This document shows positions 27,446 through 40,492 of a stretch of DNA of 64,000 nucleotides, in pieces. The DNA is taken from NCBI GenBank assembly GCA_021613535.1, contig CP075494.1, forward strand, positions 2,604,001-2,668,000. The letters are read 5' to 3'. Origin of the DNA: Adineta vaga. Its lineage: Eukaryota; Animalia; Rotifera. Each line of letters starts with the position of its first letter. The stretch's first letter is position 1. The translations under genes were made by a program, and so were the position numbers. The notes below the pieces were generated by a model. It saw only the letters and a list, made by a program, of their open reading frames with translations, made no database searches and was not told the DNA's origin.

Positions 27446-28986
27446 TCACTGATTATTTAAACAAATGTTTTCTTTATCACTAGTATTTGTTTTTTTTCTA
27501 TTTGTCATAGGTTTTAAAACATCAGTTGTTGATTGAGTAGAAGATTTTTTTTCAGGTTTTTCCTTCTGTTGACTTTTAGCACTTCGAAAAACGTTATTGA
27601 TACTTTCATTGATTTGTCCTCCTGTAAGACCTTCCATGCCGTGATAAATATCGATAATATCTAAAGTATCAATATGCTATTAGTGCACTGAATAGACAAG
27701 AGGAATAAGATTACCATGAATAGCTTGTCGAAAATTAGCTTCAATATCATCTGACGTAACATCTGCTCGAGTATTCGGTGGATAAAACGCACGAACGATA
27801 GACCGAGCTGTTTTAGTTCCATTAGGCTTTTGCCATTTTTTCAAACTCTCTTCATCCACATTTAAAATTGAACAAGCATGAGCTAACTTATCTCCACGTC
27901 CTTCAGCAGCTTCACCACCAGAAGAAAAGAGCTCACCCATGCGTATAAAAATCGTATAATAGCCGGATCAGTAGGACGAGCTGAAATAGATAAATAAATA
28001 AAAATATTTATGAAAAATTAACGTACGCATCCATTCTGTGCGAAATTTCTCGATTTGTCTTTTTAAACGAATAATTTCAGCTTCAAGTTCTTGAAGACGA
28101 GCTAATGAGATTATTGATCGTTTTGATGGTGGTGGTAGTGGGTCTGTTTCATCATCAGAAAGAGCACGTTTACGAGATAACCGGATCGATGTTTGTTCTA
28201 AATGGTTTAACTAACAATAGATTAAGACCATCGTTTAAAAATTTTATTAATACAACCTTCATCATCATCGTCATCGTTATTTGAAGATATTTCTTTCGAT
28301 TTTTTTACTTGATTTTTGTTCTTCTCGTTTCTGATTTTCATTTTTTGAGATGAAGTAGATTCTAATTCATGAGCATCATCTTAAAAAACGCAAGTTGAAT
28401 AGATGAAAGATGTTCATAGTAATACAACCTTCATTTTCATCATTATCATTCGAAGGTGTTTCTTTCGATTTTTTCACTTGATTTTTGTTCTTTTCCTGTC
28501 GGATTCTTATTTGTTGTGATGATGTAGATTCTGATTCATGAACATCATCTAAAAAAACGCAAGTTGAATAGATCAGGGATGTGCATAGTAATACAACTTT
28601 CTTCTTCTTCGACTATTTGTAAACGATCATCATCAGATTCAGACGATTCTTCATCATCATCATCATCATCTGATTCAGCTTCTTCAACTTTTTTCGTTTG
28701 CTTTTTGTTGAACAATTTCATTTGTTGTTCGCAGAGTTGTACAGATCCTAGAAGAAAAGACATGATACTTGATACTGTACTATGACTCTGACTTACCAAT
28801 AACTAAAATTGTTCCTCGAAGAATTTTTTCTCTTGTTTTGCTCGATAGTTTATATCCAACATGAGAACCAACTTTTAGTTTAGCTTTATCAATAGTTGTC
28901 ACCAACTGATGCCATTCAGCAACAATACATTCACCAGAAGTAATGCGCAATAAACAAGCATCAAACCTTTTCACTTTTTTAGACAT
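27446..28986 (-). CDS. Second (accessory, TnpA-position) gene of the CACTA element, multi-exon, with acidic middle region
   Basis: ORF pieces 28780-28986, 28545-28799, 27680-27940 and 27446-27637 linked by short GT-AG introns, all inside the TIRs. Confidence 0.65.
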
Positions 28987-29644
28987 GAAAAATAATTAGG
29001 TATAGTTTATTATTTATCTATAAAAATCTGATTAACAAAATATAGTACAAGACGATGCAATACATTAACGTTATAAATCTAAAAGATAACATAAACATCA
29101 AAATGTAGCAGTTGATAAATTTCGAACAATAAAAGAATATATAGTAAAGCTAAATGTTATTGTTTTTATTGGTGAAATATAAAATATCCAAAACCGCTAG
29201 TTTTCTTGTTTCTTTCCTTTGTAATAATACATTCTCATTCGTGTAACAATAGAACGTATCAGAAAAGATTTGTAGATGGCATGTATATCTGCCCGTTACA
29301 AATATTCATTGCTGATGTTATAGCTCAAGTTTTTCAACATAATTCACTTTCTGAAACATATTATTCATGTAGAATAAGCACGAATTATTCCATAAAATTG
29401 TAGTCTGTTCTATGTTATTTTTGTAGTCAAATGATGAATCGTAGAACGATAACCTATAGATACTTAGTTCTCAAGTGCAAGTTCAAATCGTATATGAAGA
29501 AAATGATATCTTTCAATATTCAATAGTTTCTTATCTTTCTTATATAAACTTTGTTTATCGAAATTTGAATTGTAAACGCAATGATAGTAATTGAACATAT
29601 TTATTTCCAAATTCTATTAGGTTTTTTTGGTCCAATTACAATAG

Positions 29645-30109
29645 AAGATCAAGTGATCAGGTAAAAATCATATTATTGAAATTAATAAATTATCTTTTCT
29701 TTTATTTAGATTATGTCCCAACAAAAGATCAAGTGATCAGGTAAAAATCGTATTATTGAAATTAATAAATTATCTTTTCTTTTATTTAGATTATGTCCCA
29801 ACAAAAGATCAAGTGATCAGGTAAAAATCATATTATTGAAATTAATAAATTATCTTTTCTTTTATTTAGATTATGTCCCAACAAAAGATCAAGTGATCAG
29901 GTGAAAATCATATTATTGAAATTAATAAATTATCTTTTCTTTTATTTAGATTATGTCCCAACAAAAGATCAAGTGATCAGGTAAAAATCGTATTATTGAA
30001 ATTAATAAATTATCTTTTCTTTTATTTAGATTATGTCCCAACAAAAGATCAAGTGATCAGGTAAAAATCATATTATTGAAATTAATAAATTATCTTTTCT
30101 TTTATTTAG
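29645..30109 (+). repeat. 80-bp tandem repeat, about 5.8 copies; each unit resembles a 31-nt exon plus a 49-nt GT-AG intron
   Basis: CAG|GTAAAAATC...TTTTCTTTTATTTAG|ATTATGTCCCAACAAAAGATCAAGTGATCAG; GT at 29661, 29741, 29821, 29901, 29981 and 30061. Confidence 0.95.
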
Positions 30110-33100
30110 CTAATTGATTCGCTGAAGTTTCAGGTGGTTAAAAAAATTGTGCTATAAAACTTGATTAGACGCCGAAAAGTTTTAGCAGAATAGATGTAAT
30201 CTTGAGGCGTGAGAAAGCGTTAAAAGAGCGGTAATTTAATACATTTTTTGGCGTTAAATCTCATAAAACGCGTTAAAGTGTGTTAAATAAGTAAGAATCT
30301 AGTCCCAGATATTGTTCTATTTGTGACCATGAAACAGCGTTAAAAACTCTGGATGTAACGCGTTTGTTGGCGTTATATCTCATAAAACGCGTTAAAATGC
30401 GTTAAATAGGTTAGAATTTGATCCCAGATATTGTTTGGTTTATGATCATGAAACAGCGGTAAAAAGTCTTGATCTAACGCGTTTGTTGGCATTAAGTGGT
30501 AAAAAGCGCGTTAAACATCGTTATTTTTGGTGTTTTTAACGCGTTTTTAGGGTCAAAAAGGTAACATGTTTTTTTGTGAAATCGTTAAATTTTTAACAGT
30601 TTTTCACGTCACAAGATGTCGTTAAATTCTCAAAAATTTTTACATGGGTACCAAAACTCTATTAGGAAATGTCGATCAAAGCAAAAATAGAAAGAAAGTG
30701 CAGCAGATTCGACGATAAATTGTAGTAAACCAGAAGTATGTTTGATGTCACGATAACAATCAACAATTTCGAAAACTGAATCGAACCTTTGAAAGTACGT
30801 ATTTAAACAAATAATTTAATACATTATTTAAAACATATTAAGCTACCTGTTTATTTAGAAGCATATTCTAAAGAGTATTTCTTAATTCGTGATAAACGAA
30901 AAAGTCAGTATAGTGGACATTTAATGACATTTGCCTCATTCAATCGATTAGATGTTCTACTTCTTTCCAATATATAATTCGTGGCTGGCAGTTTTCGTAT
31001 ATCACTTGTCTTATTTCAACAATAATACTCTCATTGGAATGCAGGATAGAGAAAGTGTGTATAGTTTCTTCTCGTTCCAATTAACTCTCTGTGCAGATAA
31101 AAGAAAGGAAAGAATACATTTGACAGAAAAAGACATTCTGTCTGTATGTTCATGAAGATGATGAACGAGCTATCATCAAACAATTATAAAAAAGGAATAG
31201 ACATTATTATCCATATTACTTAACGTTCTATTGTTAATAATTGAAGTTTGGCATATCTTTTGTTGTTGTTTTGTATTACTTTCTCTGTGCTAGTCGGTCT
31301 TATTGTAACTTTTAACAGATGACACCTTACTTAAGACGAATTTTTGTTTTCAAGAAGAATTTGATCAATAAAGCAGTTACTGTACAACCAACTTAAAGTT
31401 AAAAAATGCTGTATCTCGTACAATAGCTTAGACCTGTTAGGTTTTTGTTCAACTAAACCATCAAAATCAACACGTGCAGCAGCACGTAAAACAAAAGAAG
31501 TCGAAAAACTATTGAATTTATTACAATCAAACAAAAGATCATTAATTGATACAGTAATGTCGTTTGCAGATCTAATCGATGAATCAGTTGGTAGTAGAAA
31601 GACAGGAAAGAAAAGCAAAAATAATATTCAAAATCTGATTCATCATCAAGTTCCGTATCAGATTCAGATTAAAATGTTTTTATTATATGCTTTATTTACC
31701 TTATTCCAGCGTTTCTTAGATTGATTTTTTTATTATTTCTGGATTATTTCTCGTGATATTCTCTATTGTTTTCTATATACTCCAGCACTTTATTTTTCAA
31801 AATTTGATATGGTCATATTTGAACGTATTCGAGCCAGTGACCGAACCAGTACCAGTACAGTTACTACAGTACATTTATTTTTTACTTCGCAAATATACTC
31901 GGTACTTAGAATCTCAAGTATTTTACATTAATACAGTTACTGTAGTACAGTACTAAATACTGATGTACTATAGTCCTTGGACTTCAGTATCTTTAAAGTA
32001 GTACTTGTACTACAGTACATTGTACTAGTAGCAATAATCAAGCACATGTGCTTGTATTAAATAGCATTCTTAGCTTTAATAATTATTTCTAGCACTTATA
32101 TTCGCTATATGTATTCCTTAGTGACCTCTATAGGAGGAATACAAAGTTAAAGATGGAAATCTAATAACCATTTACATACATTTTTATGCGCAATAATATT
32201 TTTATTTAATTTCGAGTGATAATAATTAAATAAGTAAATAAATATAGTTACGATGCTCTAAAAGATTTTGTAATTCTAGCCGATGGATAGATTTTAAAGA
32301 AATTCTGTAAAATCAAAAGATTAAACAAATGTACTTATACGATGTACTTAGTACCCAAATTTTCGAGGAAAAAATACAAAAAGTACAAGGTACTGTACCT
32401 AGTATCCAATCACTGACTGTAGCAAGACGCATGTAATTACTTTATAACAATGTCACTCAACTTTTGCCAATATTGACGGAAGTTTACAGGACCTTCGTCA
32501 ATAGTTGGTGAAAGTCTTATTGGTAAACGGCGGGAATTCCCATACATATCTCATAATGGGCACTCTAGGAGGCTACTATGTAGTATATGATAACAAATTG
32601 TATTAGAAATTCTTTCTGATTTAGATAGAGGACAAAAAAATTACTGTATACCGAAATCATTTGAACACTCTAAAGAGGACTTCAGAATGACATGTGTGCT
32701 GAACAAACTTTATTTTCTAGGTAAAAGTCTATATACAGGTAGTCCTGAGACAGAAATTCCTTAATAATTGTCTTATTTGTCGATCAGGTTTAGATAAAAA
32801 TACCATATTCGTGATCAGTGCGACGAGCTCTATCGAACTACATATAAGAGAATAAAATCGAAGTCAAAATTGTTTTTTCTCATTCCTGGGGAGTACCTCA
32901 GGGTCAAAAGATGGAAAGTCGACTTTTCAAAGTTTTGACCCTTAAAAAAGATATAGGGTAGTGCCCTAGATAATATAGTATTAAGATCGGATTCAAATCT
33001 CGTAAACGGAAACATAGTGAAAACGCCACACCTCCTTTATTTTAAAATATTTGAAACACCGAAAGCTTAACATAAGTAAAAAGCATATAGAACTGAAGGA

Positions 33101-33164
33101 TGAAACAATTTCAAATGGAAAATCTTGCATTTCTCTCTTGATACACATTTGAAAATGATAATCT

Positions 33165-34331
33165 TTATAGATCATATCTTTCACAAATCAATGGATCTTC
33201 ATAGTGTTCATCAGCAATACCTATAATCAAAACACTGTCGTTGAGAAGAATGGAGTTGTGACCATATCGTAAGAAATTCAATAGACGAGTACTTGTCCAT
33301 TGATTAGTTTTTGGATTATATAGTTCGGTGGTAAGTAAACATTCATCTTCCGCAAGATTCTTACCTCCAACTGCTAACACTCGACCTGTTGGTAAAAGTG
33401 TAAGAGTAAAGTGTGAACGTGCACATGCCATTGGTTGAACAAGTGAGAATGTTCCGGTGATAGAATTATATATCTCAACAGATGATGCTGTAGTAGAACT
33501 CGAATCGACACCACCAGCTATTAATACATTTCCACCAGGCAGCAATACGGCTGCACAATCAATGCGCGTTGTAATCATGTCACCTACTGTGTAAGACCAA
33601 GAGCCTTCTTTGTAAATCTCTGGTTGTATTGGTACTAATGAGTCGTACGAATCATGGCCACCGATAACCAGCATTGAAAGTCCATCGTCTAATAATATCG
33701 CTGTATGACCATACCGAGCTATATTCAAACTGCCTGTGGTAACAAATGTATTTGATGATGGATTATAAAGTTGAGTGCTGGATGCGACTGGCATATTGTG
33801 TATAAACATTCCACCAACAATCAATACTTCGCCATTTCTCAAAAGTGTTGCTGTATGATGTGTTCGTTGTTCGTTCATAATATTCGGTACAAAGAACCAT
33901 TTATCCATGTGTATATTATATATTTCTGCTGTATGTCCATCAATATCATCATCACTACCAATAGCTAAGATGTTTTTATTATCCGACAGTAATGTCAGGG
34001 TAAGTCCGGCTCGTACTACATTCATATTCGAAGCTTTTCGCCATTTTCTATTTACTGAAGAATAAATTTCACAGAATGGAACTGGTGCGAAGTAGGATGG
34101 AAACGGCCAGGATGTACTATCATATCTACCAATACCTCCGCACACCAATATCTCTCCATTTGGAATGGTTATTGCAGGAAATCCTTTCCGTTCTATCGTA
34201 AGAGATGAATCTAGAATCCATTGATTTTGCGGTACTGTTGTTGATATATATATTTCCGTATCTATATTATCAAAGAGAAATTTTATAATAGCGATTAGAT
34301 AGACGATTTTATATATGCATATAATGCACAC
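33165..34331 (-). CDS. Kelch/galactose-oxidase-like beta-propeller protein (true N-terminus uncertain)
   Basis: Repeated RxxHTAxLLxxGxVLxxGG...ELYNP motifs in a 388-aa ORF. Confidence 0.85.
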   Translation of the reverse strand: MCIICIYKIVYLIAIIKFLFDNIDTEIYISTTVPQNQWILDSSLTIERKGFPAITIPNGEILVCGGIGRYDSTSWPFPSYFAPVPFCEIYSSVNRKWRKASNMNVVRAGLTLTLLSDNKNILAIGSDDDIDGHTAEIYNIHMDKWFFVPNIMNEQRTHHTATLLRNGEVLIVGGMFIHNMPVASSTQLYNPSSNTFVTTGSLNIARYGHTAILLDDGLSMLVIGGHDSYDSLVPIQPEIYKEGSWSYTVGDMITTRIDCAAVLLPGGNVLIAGGVDSSSTTASSVEIYNSITGTFSLVQPMACARSHFTLTLLPTGRVLAVGGKNLAEDECLLTTELYNPKTNQWTSTRLLNFLRYGHNSILLNDSVLIIGIADEHYEDPLICERYDL

Positions 34332-35045
34332 AGTTTGTTTTTCTTTTAAAATTTATTATAGAATTTAAAAAGTGATATGAATCAAATTCTTTACCAAAAT
34401 TTTTTTTAATTTCTCAACTATTAATTTATGTCTTCTGATTTCTCTTCGAAACGATATGTTTTTTTTATTTAATCAAGAAATATTCTCATGTCAACTCTAT
34501 CTCTAATTATGGTCTAAAGCTTCTTAACCTGAAAAATATCCTTGATTTCTATCATCTTGGGAGTACTCAAACATTTCCTTACTGATGTTCGCCACATAAA
34601 ATCTCCTAAACATATCCCTTTCGATTGTTCAATTATGAAATTTTATTAAAGTATAGTTTACATTCATTTATGGTTGAAATTTACCATGAATGAAAGAAAT
34701 CATATGTGTAGAAAGATCGGTTGTTGATATATCCGTAGATGTTTGATATACACCATCATCTAAACAGATAAGTATATATTAAATAATACAGAAAGTAAAA
34801 TTAATTTCTTTTTTAATATAAAATCTGAAGAGATATTAATAATAATTAATGTTGAAAGTTCTTTAAATAATTTTTAATTTTTCAATACTTTAGTGATAAG
34901 ATCAACTCTATTAAATGGATAAATTTTCAGAATATATACCTCTATAAAAATTCATTTAGAATAAAAAAATCTCTCAATAATTGTATCAGATAAATATCTA
35001 ACCTCATCCATATTCTGAAGTAAGTAATGTACGGTCAGTACTTGT

Positions 35046-35267
35046 TGTGACGATTTTTGATAGAAGAGGCTCTAGCGCTGATGGAGCTACGCTTTTCTTT
35101 ATTTCTTCATATCATATATCGCATCGTTCTCACACAAAACAGTCACTTATATACGCTTCCGAAAGAGAAAAGGACAAAGGATTATAAGGATAAAGTACAA
35201 AATAAGGACAAAGTGCAATGTAAGGACAAATATCAGCACATGTGACGCTTTTCACTGATTCGTCACA
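35046..35267. mobile_element. Solo LTR (222 bp)
   Basis: TGTGACGA...TCGTCACA inverted termini (TG..CA) flanked by a perfect 5-bp TSD CTTGT at 35041-35045 and 35268-35272. Confidence 0.8.
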
Positions 35268-37702
35268 CTTGTTAGTATCAAAAAGGAGGAAGAATTGAAG
35301 TAATCTAACTAATATTTAGATTCAGTTTATCTAGTAGAAGATAATTCCTTCAATATGATTCTCTCACTGGTTTTTACAAAACAAAACTTTTAACGGAAAA
35401 TTAAGCAATCGTTTTTTTTACCTTTTGTTGTTTCATTATCTATTATTCGGTTGTTATCATGTTCAGAATCGTGTGATAAAAGAATGAATGTAATCATTAA
35501 TGCTAAAATAATCACTGAAAACCCTACTATTATTAAAATTCCAAAGAGACCACATCGTCGATGATGAAAACTTTAGAGAAGAAAAGAAAATTTAATATTT
35601 TTTTTACTTTTTAAATATGATTATTTTACCATTGCCTGGACATAATTTGTTGCATTTGTGATTAATAGATTCCTAAAAGAAAAAAAACTTTATATTGAAT
35701 ATATTCTTCACTGAATAATCTTTGAAACGCATTTTTTGTTGTAAATTTTAGAATAAAAAAGAATTTGTTATTTTGCTAGATCTAATTCTTATCTACTCTT
35801 TCTTCTTAATTTTTATTGAGAAAACAGTAGCATATGTAATCTTATCAAAATAGAAAAACCCGTGAAATATAAAATTTTATGTATTATGAAATAATATGAA
35901 AGAAGAGAACAATAAAAAATACTGATATCTTGCAGTGTAGCACTTTTATTCTTGATCGATGAATATCTGCATTTGTTCACAAGAAAGCAGCATGCAGAAG
36001 AGAAAGAAAGAAGACGGAACAAACTTAATGATTAGAGCATATGTCCGAAGTCGATAGTAAGAGAAAAAGACGTGCTTAAAATCATAAAAAATGAAAAGCA
36101 AAAAACAAGTTTAATTATTTTCATTCTTCAAAAGTAAACATATATTGCTGTCGTGAATCATTTTGGCATCGTATTATTTCGATTCTTGAAATTGAGTGTA
36201 TTGATAAGCGTAAATCAAAAGAAAACAAATTAATCTATATGACTCAGATATAAATCAATTTGGTAAACCCAACTTTTGCTTTTCAGCAATTGATAGAAGC
36301 CAAAAATAGCTTAAGAGAGGGTCCATGAAAAAATAGATCTATTCACTGTAAAAAGTAACAGTTTAGTACAAAACTCTTGTCTTGTCTTCAACATGGCAAA
36401 AGCCTTCTTGGGGGATTTATAGGCGACACATACAAGGGGGAAACAGCCAACTCCAAATTTGTAACACAAGTTCTAAGGCTCTTGAAATGAGAGAGTACAG
36501 TCGAAAGTATTCAGAGAAAACTTAATGTGTTGGAAGCCAATGTGGAGTATGCTCTGGAGTACGGGAGTATTGGGATTCTGGAGTGTCGTTTTCCCTTGCC
36601 ACAATCGTAATTACAATCTACACACAGTTAGACACAGATTATTTGAGGAAAAATTTCAATCTAGAAAAGTAAGATAAATCATGTATTTGATCTACAACGA
36701 TATAAGTCAATTTTCATGATCATCGGATAGTTCTAAACCATTCAAAAAATATTTTTAAAGCATCGAAAATATATAACCACTCAGATAAGTAAATGAATCA
36801 TTGGAATATCTATTAAAACTTTTGTTTTTTTTTGCTTTCTCTTATGTATTTGATGGCTACTGGAGACACAGTCTTGTATCAAGAGGTTGGATTGGTATGG
36901 AAAATAAATATATCCCCTTTTATATGAAACGACACAAATATATTCTTAAGGGATACTATTATCTCCAAAAAGCTGAGAAAAAAACGATATTTTTAGCATA
37001 TTTTAATATTTTTTAGGTAAGGGTCAAAATGATCCCGGCAAGTACTGCGAGGGTTAATTGTGTTTCCTTTGAAACAAAATCTAACTGTGAATACTTATCT
37101 TTCTTTGTTCAGTATGATATTTTATATTGATTTAAATAATAAATACTTAGTTTGTCTTTCATATCTTGAATCTCTCTATATGTTGTTCGTACATATTCTA
37201 TAATCACAGTGAATAATAAGTAACATCTGCTAATATAATGTGATAAAAAAAATAGTTGAAAAAGGATGTAAAACTCTCTCATTTCTTTGTTGTCCAATAG
37301 TTTTGTATCTGGTGCAAACATTTTATTATCGACGTTAGATTACAATTACATTTATTTCAAAAAGATCTTGTTTTTTTCTCTTTTTGTTCTTTCTCTATCG
37401 ATTTTTGAATTTTCAAGATTCAACTGTCAATCATGATAAATAATGATACATATGTTCAAGATGTAATCTATTCAAACAAATCATCAACAATTTAACAATT
37501 AATTCCCTTTTTCTTTCTCTTTATTTCTTTTAGTTTCAATCGAACTGTATTGATTCATCACAAACAAAAATAATAACAACAACAGCAGCAGCGTATGCTA
37601 TATCGCAGTTTTTGCTGATAGAGAAAGAAGGAATATGATATTTTATTTTGTAGATATGTAGAAGTTCGAAAAAGAAAACGGAAATGTGTAATATTTAGTG
37701 TA

Positions 37703-38964
37703 ATGGGAGTTATTGTAATCATTTTAGCAGTTGTCATAACTACTCAAATTGTTTTAACAAAGAAGAAAAGTAATTCACTAGCAACATCAACAATAGTAAT
37801 GATGACAGATAAATCACCAACAACACAAATGACAACTATAACAACAACAACAAGTAAAGAAACACTCTCTACTAAAGTAATGACAATAGTAGAAGGTAGA
37901 ACTATTCTGATGAAATAACAGAGAACTGATCAGATCACGATACATACAAAATATTTGTTTTCATGTTAGACAATAGTTTTCGTAATGTGAACTATTACTT
38001 TTCACATGAGCATTATTTATATCATTTGACAATATATTTGTTTTCCTTTATCTTAGTTATTAGTTATCCTACGTGGAATAAAAATGGAGTTATTGTTGCT
38101 GGTAGTCGTTGGAAAGGTAGTCAACTAAACCAACTTTTTAGTCCTGAAGGTTTTGATATTGACGATGATTTAACACTTTATATTACTGATAGCGGAAATA
38201 ATCGTATTGTTCGATGGAGAGTGAATGCAAAACAAGGTGAAATTATTGCAGGTGGAAATGGACAAGGAGAAGAAATAAATCAATTAAATACGCCAATGGA
38301 CGTTGTTATCGATAAACAAAATCGTTCTCTCTTTATTTGTGATTTTGGAAACCGTCGATTGTTGAAATTAGACCTTCATAATCTGGCACAAGAACCAACA
38401 ATTATTTTGAGAACTGCTTGTTCAAGTTTAATTATTGATAGTGATGGATATTTATACACACCCGACATTTTTGAGTGTGCAATAAAACGATGGAAAGAAG
38501 GTCAATCAAATATGGAAGTGGTTGCAGGTGGGAATGGAGCGGGTACTGCTCTCAACCAATTCATTCGTCCTTATTATTTCTTTGTTGACAACAATGATGG
38601 TTCAATCTATGTGTCAGATGCAAACAATTATCGTGTAACGAAATGGATGAAAAATGCAAAAGAAGGTGTCGTCGTTGCTGGTGGAAATGGTCAAGGAAAT
38701 GGTTTAAATCAAATAAATTATGCTAGCGGCATCGCCGTTGATAATTCGAGTAATATTTATGTGGCTGACAGAGGCAATCGGCGGATAATGCGTTTTCTCA
38801 AAGGATCTCAATATGGCGGCACTGTTATTTTGGATAAAAATGCAGAGGAACTCACTGCATATCAGTTGCGTGGTCCTGAAGATATTTTATTTGATCGAGA
38901 AGGTAATCTCTATGTTGTAGATAATGGAAGTCACTGTGTTAGGAAGTTTTTTGTAGATAAATGA
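37703..38964 (+). CDS. Membrane-anchored NHL-repeat protein (TM, Thr-rich stalk, six-bladed propeller); short upstream exons likely
   Basis: TM and Thr-rich exon 37703-~37894; NHL exon with VAGGNGxG..NQL..P and YVADxxNxRI repeats. Confidence 0.85.
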
Positions 38965-39136
38965 CACTCAGATTTCATGATTGCTTGTTTCTTCTTTGTC
39001 TCAATGTTGAATAAAATAATAAAAATGAGTACCATGAAAAATAAGAAAGTCATTTTAAAAATTGATATACTGTGCCAGTGGTAAAACAGAATAACTTGTA
39101 TATCTAACACACAAATCAATCTGCTTATCTTAACTT

Positions 39137-39156
39137 TTGAGGGTGTGGGTGTGGAT
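39137..39156 (+). repeat. Single G-arm of telomere-like unit (#5)
   Basis: TTGAGGGTGTGGGTGTGGAT with no nearby C-arm. Confidence 0.7.
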
Positions 39157-39994
39157 GAGTTTCATCGAATAGATTCAAAGCACCATAAGACGCGTTTCGA
39201 TCCTTGCTGAAAGGATCCTCATCAGGTATGTTCTGGATCCGAGATGCTACATTGTCATGCCAAGGACAGCTAGCATCGAATGAAGGACCATCCATATGAA
39301 GGTCACGAAGACTTCCACCATGAAGAATGGTTTCAGTCGACAGGGATACGATTGCATGCGCTGTCATAGCTATTCAAATGAAGAGTGAGTTCATTAGAAT
39401 GATTTCAAGCTTCTTACGACGATCGTTTCGACTATTGCTTAGATAGTCATCATTAGGGAACTTACGCATGAGCTTTTTCTGGTCCCGGTCCCGAATTTGT
39501 GGTACCAAAACGACAAGATGTTCTTGACTACGTCAGTATCCCAACGTTTTCTCCTTTAGTGAAATAATTCTATTATCTTTCACACTCAGTAACATCACAT
39601 GGATAGCTTCTCTTCTCTCGCGTGTTACTGCAGGTGCACAGCTACGAAGACAAGAAGGAATCAGTATAAAAGTCTTCTCTTTCAATAGTCATTTAACCAG
39701 TTGAAAGACAGCTGAATGCTTTAATCTGCAAGCATCATTGCTTTTCTTGGAGAAAATACTTTGCGAGTGCTCCTTGATCACACGCAAGACAATGAATGCG
39801 AAGGATATGCCGGCGAGGGCGATGACTTTTTTTAATTTGATACATAACTGTATGCTGACTCTTTCGATGAAAAACATTTAGTTTTGTTAATTTTTTTGAA
39901 ACTGAGATGTTGATTGTATTGTTCTATTTTAATTGCAATGTAGTACAAACTGTCTTCTTTTGATTATATTGGTCTCACAAGTATATACTCCGCT

Positions 39995-40061
39995 GGTGTG
40001 GGTGTGGGTGTGGCTGTTAGATAGATGTAATACTCACACCCACACCCACCCACACCCACCC
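39995..40061. repeat. Inverted telomere-like unit #6
   Basis: GGTGTGGGTGTGGGTGTGG-CTGTTAGATAGATGTAATAC-TCACACCCACACCCACCCACACCCACCC. Confidence 0.9.
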
Positions 40062-40271
40062 GCCTCTTTTATGGTTTATCACCAATATAAATATGATCCA
40101 AGAAAATGTTGCTTTTTCAAATAATTGCTTTCATATAGAAATTGAATAAACATAGGATTTTGATATAGTTCAAATGTTGGATTAAATAACGAGATGAAAA
40201 AACTGAGTTTATTTAATCAAATTACGTAGTTGAACTAGTTGTTATAGAACGACGAATTTAATAGATAACTA

Positions 40272-40433
40272 CCCAGGTCCACCAATCCCATACTCGGATC
40301 CTATGTTGGATTTTATCGGAATACAACGATCCGACAAAATCTGATAGGATTCCTGGTGACGGAATCACTTCGGATTCCGTCGTGTTCGGATCCGTTCGGA
40401 TCCAATAAACGGATTTTGACGGATCCGATAGGC
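40272..40433. mobile_element. Left part of a CCCAGG-terminated MITE, cut at unit #7
   Basis: TA|CCCAGGTC start and many TCGGA/TCCGA motifs; ends abruptly at the G-rich arm. Confidence 0.5.
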
Positions 40434-40434
40434 T

Positions 40435-40492
40435 GGGGGTGGGGGTAGGGGTAGGAATGTAAGAAGAAAGAACATCTACATTCACACCCTCA
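40435..40492. repeat. Degenerate inverted telomere-like unit #7
   Basis: GGGGGTGGGGGTAGGGGTAGG...CTACATTCACACCCTCA. Confidence 0.6.

Larger units (their letters stand above)
23431..30648 (-). mobile_element. Full-length CACTA/EnSpm (CMC)-type DNA transposon, about 7.2 kb
   Basis: 13-bp perfect TIR CCCATGTAAAAAT at 23431 and reverse complement ending at 30648; TA target duplication on both sides; many subterminal TTAACG/CGTTAA motifs; two internal minus-strand genes. Confidence 0.9.

Noticed and set aside
29645-30109. CRISPR-like array
   Set aside because: The units are near-identical tandem copies with no unique spacers; there are no cas genes and the context is eukaryotic.
31330-31620. Coding-like plus-strand stretch (KSTRAAARKTKEVEKLLNLL), possibly a transposase relic interrupted by the CACTA insertion
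   Set aside because: It has no diagnostic motif, so the family cannot be assigned.
31830-32410. AGTAC/GTACT-rich tract
   Set aside because: It is a low-complexity motif cluster, likely a decayed MITE, with no clear boundaries.
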